Source: the human T2T-CHM13v2.0 reference genome, Homo sapiens. Taken from it: a DNA stretch of 64,000 nt. The DNA lies in assembly GCF_009914755.1 (NCBI RefSeq), contig NC_060934.1; one strand, 5' to 3'. A program made the translations under genes and the position numbers. Positions 1 to 13,500 of the stretch are shown here, piece after piece; position 1 is the stretch's first letter, and the number at the start of each line of letters is the position of its first letter. The notes under the pieces are model-generated. The model saw only the letters and a list, made by a program, of their open reading frames with translations. It was not told the DNA's origin and searched no databases.

Positions 1-599
1 TGTGGTGGAGGAGGCCCATCTTTCTGCCTGTGTAACATTAAAACAAAAATGAGTAAATTCTAGTCTCTTCCTTCTGTTATTTGGCCTTGATGAATTACTT
101 TTCTTGATGATCCAGCAAATATGGAATATTGATTCAGGTCATAAAGAAGTTGCTTCTAAGGCTTTCAAACCCACGAATTTTATCACATTTATCAGTCTGA
201 ATGTTTCATAAATTTTGTTTAAAACTGACTAGAGACATTAATATTTCATTCAAATGGTTTTTTCAGAACACAAAATGCATTATTATTTTCTCTTCTAGAT
301 TTACTACTTTTATCAACAGATTTCAATACTTAAAAAATTATTAGTTAAATTTTCACAGCATTGTGGAAATGTATGAATATTTATAATATGGGTAAAATTA
401 CTGTGTCTCAATATTTGTAGAGAAAATGCCTATGATACCCATGACAATGGTGAAATATTCCATCTGTGTATGATGCTGGTTAGATGACAGTGATTTTCCT
501 AGTTGCGGTCCTTTGTCTTACTTTCCCCAGGCACTTCTTTGTTAGTTTAAGTTTATGTTCTTATAGTTGCTTCAAATTGGACTCACAGTAATGATACTC

Positions 600-1250
600 A
601 CTGAGTTCTTAAGTGTTCAAAAAATAGATATAGCATTTATACTTGGAAAACAACTTGGCTGTCTATAAAATACTTGGACCAACTTTATTTCCTTGAGAAT
701 CTTGAAGGTGTTACACCACCATCTCTTAGAATTCAATGAAAAATGAAATTTGTGGTCAACATGATCTTTTCTCCTAGTTGCCTAAATTATTATTACTTTA
801 TTTCTGAAAGTTTGCATATTTATTATGATACATCCAGGGCAAATTATTCTGCATCAGTTTTCCTACCACATGGTATGCTCTTTAAGTATATAGATGTAAG
901 GCTTCTTTTAATATATTTAAAAATATTGGTTCTCCTCTACTGTTTTGGCTTTCTTCTTAGGGACAAAGTATCTTCTGTGTGCCAGTTCCCCTGTGCCTAT
1001 CTTTTATATCTATCCCCATCTCCCCAGCAGTTTTAAACTCTTTTTCATATCATTTTGCATACTTTTTTTTATAGGTTTCATGTTGTATTTTCCACAGTGT
1101 GTGTTTTCCCTTGCATTCATTGTGATTTTTTTTTTTCCTTCTTTCTGGAATGGTTTCATTTTTACTGTTTTCCTAAGTTTTGACAGTTTATCTTTTATCT
1201 TCTCCAGATAACCCATTATTTCTGCCCTGAATTTTAGCTCTTCCAACTTT
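600..1250 (-). mobile_element. Old, diverged L1M ORF1-region fragment
   Basis: ttggctgtctataaaatacttgg...tttccttgagaatcttgaaggtgttacaccaccatctct resembles antisense L1 ORF1; boundaries approximate. Confidence 0.5.
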
Positions 1251-2150
1251 CCTTCCTAAAGGCAATTGTCTTCTAAAATTTTTTGTATATTCTTGGGAAA
1301 ATATTTAGATCTAATTATGTCTTCTATATGGCATACTTTTAAAATAAAAAGTCTGTTGTTATAAAGCTTTAAAACTATTTTGTTCATTTTTATTCACATA
1401 TTGTGTTTATATTGATGCTGTTGCTGTTTCTGTTTTATCACTGGCCACTGAAGAAATTGAATTTCCTGAGCTTGCCATTTCTGTAAATGGTGGTTAGGGA
1501 GGAAAGCCTCATGGCCAGGTTGATCTTCCAAAAAGCTGGCATTCAACCCAAGCACCAAGTACACTTCCTCTTCCCTTGACTAAGTGAGGTACAGGGGGAC
1601 CACTGGCACCAAATCTGCTAGCTACAGTGCCAACACTGAAATAGCCCACGACATCAGAAGAATGCAATACTGGTGCTCAGATTTGCCTTTACTTTGATGA
1701 TACTTTTTCACTCTCTGTACTTCTTGTCCTCACTTGCTCTCAAGAGGATCCCCCAATCTAGTTACTTTTGGCAGGCTTTATGTGTATTGCAAAATCTGTC
1801 GTTTTTATCTGTCTCCTAGTTTCACCATAAATGGTTTTCCAGGGTTTTCATTCTACATTCTGCTTTTGGATGATTTCTAGGCAGAGAATGAGAAATGCTG
1901 ACTCATCCAGCTATGCTCCTACCATAAGTTCCAACATTGCTAATTTTAGATAGGAAAAGTTTGAATACACAGATAAAAACATATATATATAATGAAAATT
2001 TCCCGGTCTGTAAAACTCATGTAGAGAAATACGTAAAGACATAATAAAATTAAAAGTGTATATGTGGTAAAAGCTAGTTTCAAAATCTTTTCGATATGCT
2101 ATGAAGTACGCAAAGGTATAGAAAAAGTTTTGAGAATTATATATAGAATG

Positions 2151-2755
2151 TGTAAGGGAAGAAAAGACATGATACCTTTCCTCATCCACCATAAGGATCA
2201 CTGCAGACACTCACTATAACCAAAGACATGTTAACAAGAGAAAAGCATAACAAACTTATTTAACTAACATTTTACGTGACATAGGAGCCTTCAGAAATGA
2301 AGAACCAAAAAGCCAAGAAAACTGTCTATTTTTCTGCTTAGGTTCTATGAAGAATGGACAGTCATGCAGAAATGTCATTGGACAAAAAGGTATAATCTAA
2401 TGGTAATAGACCAGAAACCCAGCAAGGCCTGTCTGGATTCTTCTTGGCCTCTCTGTGTAGCATTCCTTCCTCCTGCGTATGTCACAGGACCCCTCTGGAA
2501 TGAGGGTCTTCAAGGGAGAAGGGAGAGAGTGACCTCTCTTGTTTTTACAGCTAGCTTTGGGAGAGGGGTCCTAGTTCCACCTTGGGAAATGGAAGTCTGG
2601 TTTCTATGTATTGCTTTGAGGAGAAAGAAGGGAAGGAGACAGGAGGGTGGGAGAAGGTCAGAGAGACCTTACTTCTGAGGCTGTTGCTGAGGCCTTCTAA
2701 TCTTCCATTCCAAGTACGTAGCATGTCAAAGCACTATACCCTCTGACCCCCAACA
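2151..2755 (-). mobile_element. Solo ERV1 LTR, MER39/MER34-like
   Basis: TG...CA ends (tgtaaggg...ccccaaca); minus strand opens tgttgggggtcag...gctttgacatgct...gaaggcctcag; flanks aatg/aagg form a near 4-bp TSD. Confidence 0.7.
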
Positions 2756-3000
2756 AAGGCAATGACGGTTTAATGAATGTTTTTAATTACATTCTTTTAG
2801 ATTTTTCTGAATTATATAATTTTCAGAATGAAAAGAATTGTCTTGTTTGAAGAAAAACAAGTTATGATAATGCATTTTATAACTAATGCATTTTATGCAA
2901 TTTTATTTATGGATATATTCTTATTTTTTTCTTTATAATTTAGATTGTTACTGTTTTCTTCTGTTCATTTCAAGACAGTAATCTGTCACTCCAAATTTAG

Positions 3001-3345
<345 letters not shown>

Positions 3346-3754
3346 CAATGTTTTAATTCATAAATTTAACTTTTTATAGATATTATTTATAATTAAATAT
3401 CTCAGCATCATTTATTAGATTATCTTTGATTTTTCCCATTCATTTGAAATACTATTTTTCCTACACATTATCAGTAGTTCTCAATTTTTTTTCCTCTGAT
3501 GCAACTGTTTAATGATATTTATGCCATCACAAATGATATCCCACTGTGACCTGCTATGTACATAAGGCAATTCCCATATTTGCAATAATTGGAAGGTGTA
3601 CTTATTGCATCTTCATCTTTTTTTCCTCCAAGATCAATGATATACAATAGCTCAGAATCTATAAACCAGGTATTTATAGATTTTGTTTTGCTTTTGGTCT
3701 TTTTATTGTTTCTACATATTTAATAAAATACAGATATTACTTTTTTTGGAGGGT

Positions 3755-4084
3755 TTTTGTTTTGTTTTGTTTTGTTTTGTTTTGTTTTGTTTTGTTTTGT
3801 TTTGAGGTGAGGTCTTGCTCTATCACCCGGGCTAGAGCGCAGTAGCACAATCACAGCTCACTACAGCCTCAACCTTCTGGGCTCAAGTGTTTCTCCCACT
3901 TCAGCCCCCACAAGTAGCTGGGACCACAGGCATGCACCACTCTGCCTGGCTAATTTTTTAATTTTGTAGAGACAATGTCTCCCTATGTTGCCCAGGCTGC
4001 TCTCAAACTCCTGGGCTCAAGTGATCCTCTTCCCTAGGCCTCCCAAAGTGCTGGGTTTACAGGCATGAGCCACTGCACCTGGCC
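3755..4084 (-). mobile_element. AluJ with (TTTTG)n tail
   Basis: J-type text (cacagctcactacagcctcaacc, ctcctgggctcaagtgatcct); tail converted to a (TTTTG)n array at 3755-3804. Confidence 0.92.
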
Positions 4085-4449
4085 TAATTATGATAATTTT
4101 ATGACATGTTGTCATATCTGACACAGTGAGATATCCCTTTTGTATTTCTTCAAAATTTCATTCAGCCCAAGTCTATAATTATTTGGACAAGATTTTACAT
4201 TCAAGAGATAATTCTTAATTTACTAAATAATTTGTTTGAACCATTAATGGCAAACTGATATTTTCGGAGTATTTCTTTTTTCTATTCAAGAATATTGGAT
4301 GTATCTGCATTTTTCAAGTCTTCTTTTATGGCACTTACCAAAATTGCATAGTTTACATTATTTTCTTTGAAATAATAGATATTTTATAATATAATGGGCT
4401 TTCAGATTTTCTTTTAAGAGAAACTTTCCTAAAAGTATTATAAACTGGA

Positions 4450-4680
4450 CTTGAGAGGAGCATGACTAAAGATAGGGCAGAAAAAATATTTCCACGATTA
4501 CGATAACTCTAGCATGAAATGAGATGGGCTAAAATTGAATAAAGAGTGGTAATAATGAAAAAAATGGCATTTGTGAGCAGCTTGCAGTTAATAAAATCAA
4601 TAGGACATGGTGACTGTTGAGTGTGGAATGTCAGAAAGAGGCAAAAGTCAACATCGATCCCTAAGTTGCTAGCAAAGTTC
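4450..4680 (-). mobile_element. L2 fragment
   Basis: taaaatcaataggacatggtgactgttgagtgtggaatg...agtcaacatcgatccctaagtt matches the common L2 3' region. Confidence 0.6.
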
Positions 4681-4789
4681 AGACCTAGGTTTCAGAAATT
4701 AAAGCATTTCTTCAGAATGGGTTGGGCTTACAGTGTATGGTAGAGCTTGTAGGTGAAGATTTCGGTAGGTAATTAAATATATTATCATC

Positions 4790-4862
4790 CTATTGATCTT
4801 GGCTTAGACCTCAATTTCTTCATTTGTAAAATGAGGATGATTACAGTTACTTCATGGAGTTT
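4790..4862 (+). mobile_element. MIR core fragment
   Basis: cctcaatttcttcatttgtaaaatgaggatgat. Confidence 0.65.
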
Positions 4863-5999
4863 GAGCGACGATGGGAAACATACTTCCGGTTTCCCTCTTT
4901 CTCCTCCCTTCTACTTTTGATATAATTACTTAGCTACCATTCCCAGCTGTAAAGACAAGAAACACAAGGGAATATCAAACTAAGTAGAATAGCCAGTTTG
5001 CACATCTGTCTCTTCAAAAATGGCAGCCTCTAACATAGACCAATATGTACTGTATTTATATTTATCAAGCCAATTTATGTAACAACAATATGGACTCATT
5101 TTATTGCAGTATTCGACCATTTTTACTCATCCAGTAATTATTAATTATCTTGAAATGGTATTTGCAATAATAAAGTCCATATGAATGGTTTGTTTTGGAA
5201 AGTAAAATAGTTATCAGCTGTGTGTACATGTAAATCTGAGATACATTGTATTTTTTAAACAGGACTCATATCTTTTCATTTTTAAAGTCACATTTCCACA
5301 GCAGCTTTATTTTCTTTCACAATTTTTATGTCTAACTACTTCATCCCAACTAATTCCATAAAAAATAGTTTGCAAAAATTCATCATGGTCATCCAATTTA
5401 AATTTTTGTATGTGTGAACATAAACATTTTTCCTATCCTTAGCTCGTATGATTCTGTATGACTTGTGAATTATGTTCAGCTGTTGCTCCAGTGACAATAT
5501 AAACAAAATCTTATTTTAAGCCTGAAAATTTGCAAAGAGAGAGAAAATTTAATATTGCCTCTCTAGAAATTGACATGATACAAGAATGTAATTGATCTTG
5601 GATACTTGAGATGAAATAAACCTTGGATAACATAGATGACCCTGAGTTAGTCAAGTGAAACCGCTATCTGTTTTCAGAAGTATCAACATACAATCATACT
5701 TTTTAATGCTTTTTATGTCTTAAGTGATCAAAATAAAATTTTAGGCAGCAAATCATGGCAGTGGGAATTGGGATACATATAAATAGAAATAAAGAGAGTA
5801 TTATTTTTATATTTTTTAGGAGTTTGGAAATTCTGATATTTTTTACACTATGATAGAAAAATATATTTGAAATTTTGCTTTTAAATGTACTGGCTGCTAT
5901 TTTAAAAAGCAGTGAAATGCATAACTTAAAATGCTATAATAATAATGATAATAATAATAAAACCAAACCTAGTGAATCCAATAGAGACACTACAGGAGA

Positions 6000-6750
6000 A
6001 AAAGACTTAGGGCAAGCACAGCAATTAGAAACACAAAATGAGAATGAAAAATAATTCCAAAAATATCAAGACTCATAACAAATAGAAGGAAACTAAAACC
6101 ACTTAGTGAAACTAAAACCACTTAGATGGAAACTAAAACCACTTAAACAAACATTTAAAAATAACATTTTCTCTCAACAATCAAAAACTATGTAGAAACT
6201 TGGAAAATAAAGATACAAAACAGACAACTGCAGAAAAAATTCTAATTTTTTAAATACGAGGACAAAGGAAGCTGGTGTATACATATGAATAAAAGACCAA
6301 ATAGATTTGAATCTGAAAAACATTAAAAGTGAAAGAGAAGACAATTTTAATCAGTAAAAGACTTCTCTTTTTCAAGAAGATGAGCTTGTATTAACCAAAC
6401 AACCTAAATTTGAAATACATATAACAAAATCTTGCAGAAATCAAGATGAAGTAAATACATTTCATAAAAGAAAAAAGAAAGATAAAATTGCAAAAGATAC
6501 AAATTATAAAGTAGTAGCTTTGCCTCATGTGTGTGCATGTGTATGTGTGTACACTTCTAACACACAAAATATATAAAAATACTAATAAAATCTCAGCAAC
6601 AGAATCTCAAAATATTGCCAAAACAAATGACAAAAGTCAGTCAATGTTACCTGACTGCAAACCAGCTAAGGAAAAGAATTATCAAAATTGAAGTCATTTG
6701 GAAACCACAGACTACACGTAAATACAATGCACAGGCTCTAAAGTGATAGT
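6000..6750 (+). mobile_element. Old L1M ORF2 endonuclease-region fragment
   Basis: A-rich; aaaggaagctggtgtatacatatgaataaaagaccaaatagattt resembles L1 aagaaagctggagtagctatattaatatcagacaaaatagacttt. Confidence 0.6.
6089..6145. repeat. Three tandem copies of GAAACTAAAACCACTTA
   Basis: identical 17-mers start at 6089, 6108 and 6129. Confidence 0.95.
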
Positions 6751-8184
6751 TGAAATTACAGATATATACATTTACATACATATATATTAATAAGTACTTA
6801 TAAGTATGTGTTTATGCACTTTAGGCCTTTGGACATCCTATCCCCAATGTGTATCTTTGGACATTTTACCCCCCCAAAAATGTTGAAGTCTGCAAACCAA
6901 AAGATTTATCCAGAATTGCTGCTGTGGCCAAAGTGGAGAGGGAATTAAAATAAAATGAATGTTCAGTGTTTAATGCCAGTTAATGGAGTAATCAAGAAAC
7001 AAAGACCAACATATTCACCATTTAACAAGAATTAGCACAAACCTCTCCTGTGGGGAAGAGTGAGTAAAAGGCCGGAGAGTGGCCAGGAATTTTACCGTAA
7101 TGGAATTTTTTCCATATGAGAACCTAACACCAAAGGAAAGAAGACTCCTTCACAAAAATTCACTGTTCATCATTGTTTTCTCTGCCCTTTTTTAGCTCTG
7201 ATCTTGCTATCTCTGTTTAGACTCAATTGTCATTTGGTTAGAGAACACTCAAGTATTATTTCAGGTAAGAAACATGGTGGTTCACTCTGAATCCTTCAGT
7301 GTTCCAAGATAACATTTGCTCAGAAAGATAAACAATATCTAGACCATAGAGAGAGTTGTTAGATTGAGTAACTTTTCCTCTGTGAGTTTAAATAAATTTA
7401 GACATACACAAACACACATATGTAAAATATGAAGAAAATTGTAAACTCTGTGATAACTCACAAATTTTTGCATATGAAATTAGTCCTATATTGAATTAAT
7501 TTCCTTTGTAATTAGCCTGGTTAAAATTATACTTAAATAAGTCCTTGTTTCTAGGGACAGTGACCCAGCATCCCATCCAGTTACTATCCCTTGACAGTAT
7601 CCCGATTTGGAGAATAAATTAAATGGTTACTCTAGATTTCTTTCTTCATTTCAGGAAAAGTGTTTTCTATTGCTTCTTTAAACATTACTTCTATGCAAGA
7701 ATTCCAGCTACTCACTTGCTAAATTCTCTTTATCTGACCTCTAAGTCTTTTTTATTTAATTTGCTCTAATGATAATCTGTATTTTGCAGGGTTTTTTGGT
7801 TATTTTAAATTCTTTCACTTGTATATCAAGATTCAGTAGCAGTCATATGCTTTTTAATTTTCTTATTGAAAAAATATTTTAATTTGTACTGCATTTTGAC
7901 TCCTTCCTTTTTCTTTTCTGCTTTTAATATATTTACCTTTCTTATTTTTTAGGTTAACTTTTATCTTTGTAAAAATAAAATGTTACTAAGAGGCTAATAT
8001 TGTAAAACAATAAGTCCCTACTCTACCTCTCCTGAAAACCTAGGCCTGACACCCTGAGGCAATCATTTTAACTCTTGTAGTATTTTTTCCTACTTGCATT
8101 TATATTTTTAAACAATACACCCGTACTATTTTGTGTTGCTTCATAAGTTGCTTGTGTGTGTGTGCTGTATACAGCAGTAGAATA

Positions 8185-8352
8185 CAGTAATAAGGAGCAT
8201 GGTGCTTTGAGCCAGGCTGCTTCAGTGCGAATCCCAGTGCCACCACTTACTTGATGTCTAATCCTGAACAAGTTATTTAACCAATTTGACTGCAATTCCC
8301 TTATCTATAAATAGGAATGATAATATCACCTAATTCATGGTATTGATGGGAA
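8185..8352 (+). mobile_element. MIR
   Basis: gaatcccagtgccaccacttact...aacaagttatttaacc...ttcccttatctataaataggaatgataata. Confidence 0.8.
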
Positions 8353-9062
8353 AATTGCTTGTTATTTTCACCAATATATATTACTAATGCATTTTCTCTA
8401 GCTATTCTCCAGTTTTGAACTCTATTCTATACGTTCCTTTCTCCCATAATAGATAACAAAAATTCTGACACTATATGTGGTTCTTCAGGGATGTTTACTT
8501 TTATTCTTGTTAGAATGCTCCAGGAAACCACTTAGTTTATGCTTCACCTACCTGCCTTTCATCTTGAAAAAAAAATGTGTTGGACAATTTTGTCTGCTGT
8601 TTTCTCCCTGCTTTCTTTTGGATTGACATTCCTCTACCATGATTTCGATGATATCTGGGGAGAGAGAAAAGATAAACATATATACTCAATCTTCCATATT
8701 CTGAATGCAATATAATTAAAAATTATTTCATGCATTCACATAAATCTAAAATCATTGCACATGATGCAGATCTATACCATTTTTCTCAAGTGAAACAACA
8801 TTGAATTGTTTTTCACATTCTCTCTTTCAAGAAAGTGGTGAGTCTGTATTTTTGACTGAATTATATATAAGCAGTTTTCTCTGGAGGTGGTGAACTTTTC
8901 TTGCCATCACTGCTCTAGACAGTTGTTAGAATAAGAAGAGAAGGGAGCTGGTGCAGTTGGAGGGAAGCTGAGGGAAGAAAGAATGTCTAGGAGGAAGGTT
9001 AAATCAAGGATCTCAAAGTTGCATAAAAACGACAACATTATTGCCTTTAAAATAGCATTGCC

Positions 9063-9365
<303 letters not shown>

Positions 9366-9374
9366 GCATTGCCA

Positions 9375-9682
<308 letters not shown>

Positions 9683-9893
9683 CTAAGTTAGAAATAAAAG
9701 AATATGCTAAGTGTAATCGAGTGATCGTAAATTAAAATTAAAAACAAGCAAATCATTGGTTAAACAGAAAAACATAGTGGTGAAAGGAAGATGAAAGTTA
9801 AAGTCATAAATTGAAGATGTAGGAAGCTTGGAAGGTACATTGGGTTTTAGTCTAATGGGGATTTGGAAATGTATTTTACTTGATATTTTGTAT

Positions 9894-10578
9894 TGTATAG
9901 AGCACCCTTGACATAAGTAACTCCATCTTACATTCCAAAAGGCACCTTGCGTACAGATGTTTTGCCTAATCAATAAAGACTGCATCCAACCAAATAAGCA
10001 TATAAGCAAGCATACTCTTCCACTATCAGTCCTCACGAGAGGACTCTGGTCATAAAAAAAGCAGGACTTCACCAGCTTGGAACGGCCATCTTAACAGACA
10101 TTGTCGTGCCATCACTTGTAATAAGCACCTGGCATCCACCACTACTGAAGCCTCTGCCCACTTCAAAGACTCTTCCTTGCAAGACTGACAGATCACCTGG
10201 CCCAGACCAGGATATTTGTTTTGCTCAGATTGCTTTCTGTGGACTGGTTCATTAACGCTTTTTCCTATCCTTTTCCTCTTGATGTTAAATGTTACTTCAT
10301 TTGTGCTGGAATGCTTAATCTATAATATTTACATATTGATTAAGTATACTATTATGTTCGATTTGCAGTATTGACTAACTTGTGGAATGGCTTGAGCCTG
10401 TGTGCCCACGGCTCTGACTACTGAGTAAATGGGAAGTACGAAGGAGAATTTCCTCCTTTGGAAGTCCATGTAGCTTATGGCTTTTATGATTGAGATAGCA
10501 TCAATAAAAGTCTGATGCTGTGGAAAGACACAAATATATGTGGACCTGATTACTTCTGACCTTGTGTCGCTCATGATA
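9894..10578 (+). mobile_element. Solo ERV LTR, family not assigned
   Basis: opens tgtatagagc...aactccatctt; AATAAA near 10503; ends gaccttgtgtcgctcatgata; LTR size and layout. Confidence 0.65.
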
Positions 10579-11789
10579 AAGATGGAGAAAATGAAGGTAT
10601 AATTTTAGCATTTTACAGGAGTCACTCTGGAACAAGTTGTTGTTTCATCCCCATATTAAGTAAGAAACAAGTTAAATGATTTTCCAAAAAGAATGTTTTG
10701 TATTTGAATATAGGAGAGAATAAGAACTTATGAGGCAGGTGAGTTACAAAAAAACATGAAAAGCAAATGTTGGTTTGGATTTTTATTTCCAATGATCTTA
10801 ATTCCAGAAAAATAAAAGGCAAAGCATTCATTGCATTGTAATGTGAGAGTGGAGCTTAAAGAGGGTGGGTGTCATTTGCAACAGTCATGTATAGCACAGG
10901 ATGGGCTCTGCTACTGGTGATTATTGAGGTCAATTAGTACTAGAATATGGATGTTTAATTTCAGTCATCTTATTTCTTTACCTATACACTATAATAAAAT
11001 AGTTTCACAAGGCAAGTGGGAAACCAAGTCTGACAGCGATTTGTAAAGTTACTCTAGGGGAGAACAGAAGGTGAATTAGGGAACTAAATCCACATGTGGG
11101 GACTACTTTCCAGATTTCAAGACTCAGGGCAATTGCACAGAAATTCAAAAGAAGCCTGGCATGTGCAATTACAGTCAAGATGAAACCAATATGAGACTTT
11201 GTGCACAATTTCCTTTTTGCCTAATAAAATTTGAAAATAAAATCAGTAGACAAACCATATATGACCGTATTTTAAATGCAATTAATCATTTAGGGTTTTA
11301 AAAAAAGTATTTCTATCTAACCTGTGGGATAGTTTCCAGAAACAAACAAAACAACAGCAAATTTTAGGAAGAATAGGAACAGTCTCAAAGATTCAATGGA
11401 AACATTATTGAAAGACACAGAAAATACATGACAAGATTTATAAAATTTGCATATGTGAGAGATCGGCTAGATAGTAAAGTGAAAAAAGATATAGAATGCA
11501 GAGGAAACTAAGGCACAGTCACATTCTCAAGTCTAATTGAAAGATTTATTAAAGAATCATTGTAAATCCAGAAATTTTAGATCATTGATATACTGGAAAA
11601 GTTATACACTATTCAAAATTCGCCACCAGATGTTGATCAGTTCTTCCCCAGACATGCTATTAAGATTGTATCCCTTATTGGGACTACCCTATCAATTGTT
11701 AATGATAATAGTAATATGCTACTCAACTGTTACTGCTACTAAGACTATTGCCATTGCTGCTATTCACTCCCCTTTAATGCTTTTATTCC

Positions 11790-12125
11790 TTTTGCTGTGT
11801 GATACATTTGACATATATTACCTCTAACTTTATCAGTAATCACTACACCCATGTAGACGTGCAATATTCTAGGAAATCGCTTACACGTTTTACATAGGCT
11901 AACTCATTTAGATCCCATAAAAAGCCTATGAGTTAGAATCTGTCTTTTTCTCCATTTTGTAGAAGAAAAAACTTAAGGCTCGGAAATTTCTTTGAATTGG
12001 CTCAATGGCACACAGATAAGAAGACAGATTATTTAGTATCACTACATTAAACCTAAGGTAACTAAGTGTCATAACATGAAACCGAGGACTCAGAGATGTG
12101 ACTTGTCCAAAACCACACAGCAAGC
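11790..12125 (-). mobile_element. MIR fragments, possibly one MIR nested in another
   Basis: aactcatttagatcccataaaaagcctatgag...ctccattttgtagaagaaaaaacttaaggctc; a second core gaaaccgaggactcagagatgtgacttgtccaaaaccacacagc follows. Confidence 0.65.
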
Positions 12126-12189
12126 AAGATATCCTCTCAGCCTATTGTCCTGATATAAATGAAGAGTTCATGCAATTCTAATACTGAGA

Positions 12190-12400
12190 TATCTGCATTA
12201 AACAGACCTTTGTTCTCCTCTTGGCTGTAATATTTCAGAGCTATGAGAGTTTTGTCAAGTTATGTGAACTTTCTAAGCCCTCATGTCTATTCTGTGGGTG
12301 AAGACATCAATGCTTAGATTACAGATTTAGGAAGAATAAATAAACTGTTATCTTTGAAACGCTTACTACAGCACCTGGCAAAATATGTTTTTAACAGATT
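12190..12400 (+). mobile_element. MIR
   Basis: gtcaagttatgtgaactttctaagcc...aaacgcttactacagcacctggca. Confidence 0.65.
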
Positions 12401-13334
12401 CTACATCTCTTATCCCTTTCTTTTCTTGTCACCAGCCGTGGGACCCAAGAAAATAAGAAGTAAAAGCATTTGTCATATTCTGCTTCTTTGTTTGAAATGG
12501 GTGCAATTTTGCCACAAAGGCTTGATTGGGGGAAAATATGAATAAAAAGCTTTTCCCTGAGATAGATATTTTCAAGTTTATTTTTTTAACTTGTCAGAAA
12601 AAAAATGCACCTCAATTTAAATGCACGCTCTGGATTATAACCTTTAGACAGTGCTATTTACACAAATAATATCCGGCCTTCCAGAACAAATAACGTGACA
12701 CCAATATCCATGATTACCATTAACCTTAATCAGACATGGCAAGCTCGGAATTCTGTGACTCCAGAAAGACGTCCCCTGATTATCTCTGCTCAGCAGTAGG
12801 CTTTCCTAGGTTGCACATTAATAGCTCCATCCCCCACCAAAGGGAAAGGAAAAGTCAGGACATGTTATTTGTGGAAAATGGATGATGATGAATGGACTGG
12901 CCACAGTGTCTACATTAAACAAACATGGCACATTGATTGGGGTGGCTGTCAAGTAGTTTTGATGGATTATTTTTTTCTTCATTTTTCTTTGAGAAGGATG
13001 TATTGGTTTAGCTCACTGCACAGCATCTAAACATGCTTGTAGATCATTTCTTCCTCGTTAAAACAAACAGCCTTGCATATTACGGCCTACAGATCAACAA
13101 CCCATGGATTTCCCCAATAATTTATCCCAGAACAGCCTATGGTTGGCAGGTAGCTTTATAAAAGAGATATAATGTCTATTCTAAATAGATATACATTTAA
13201 ACATTAATTTCAATCACTGGAAACTGAACTGAATAATGTATGTACCTAGTGACTGGAAAAATAGTGACATGAGAAATTTCAAAATATTTAATTACTGTTT
13301 TATTCCCTACCTTAGTAGGGAAGTACAGATGATA

Positions 13335-13500
13335 AGACAGAGCATGTCATTTGGAAAAAAATAAACAAGCAAAATGGACTTTAAGTTAGAAGGCTTGGAC
13401 TCTAATTCGTCATTGTAACTAATCTACTGTGTGAGCAAGTAACATTTGCTTGACAGGGCGCTCTAACCTTATTTGTAAAAATCCTATGGTTAAGCTAGGT
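13335..13500 (+). mobile_element. MIR fragment
   Basis: tggactttaagttagaaggcttggactctaatt...actgtgtgagcaagtaacattt. Confidence 0.55.
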
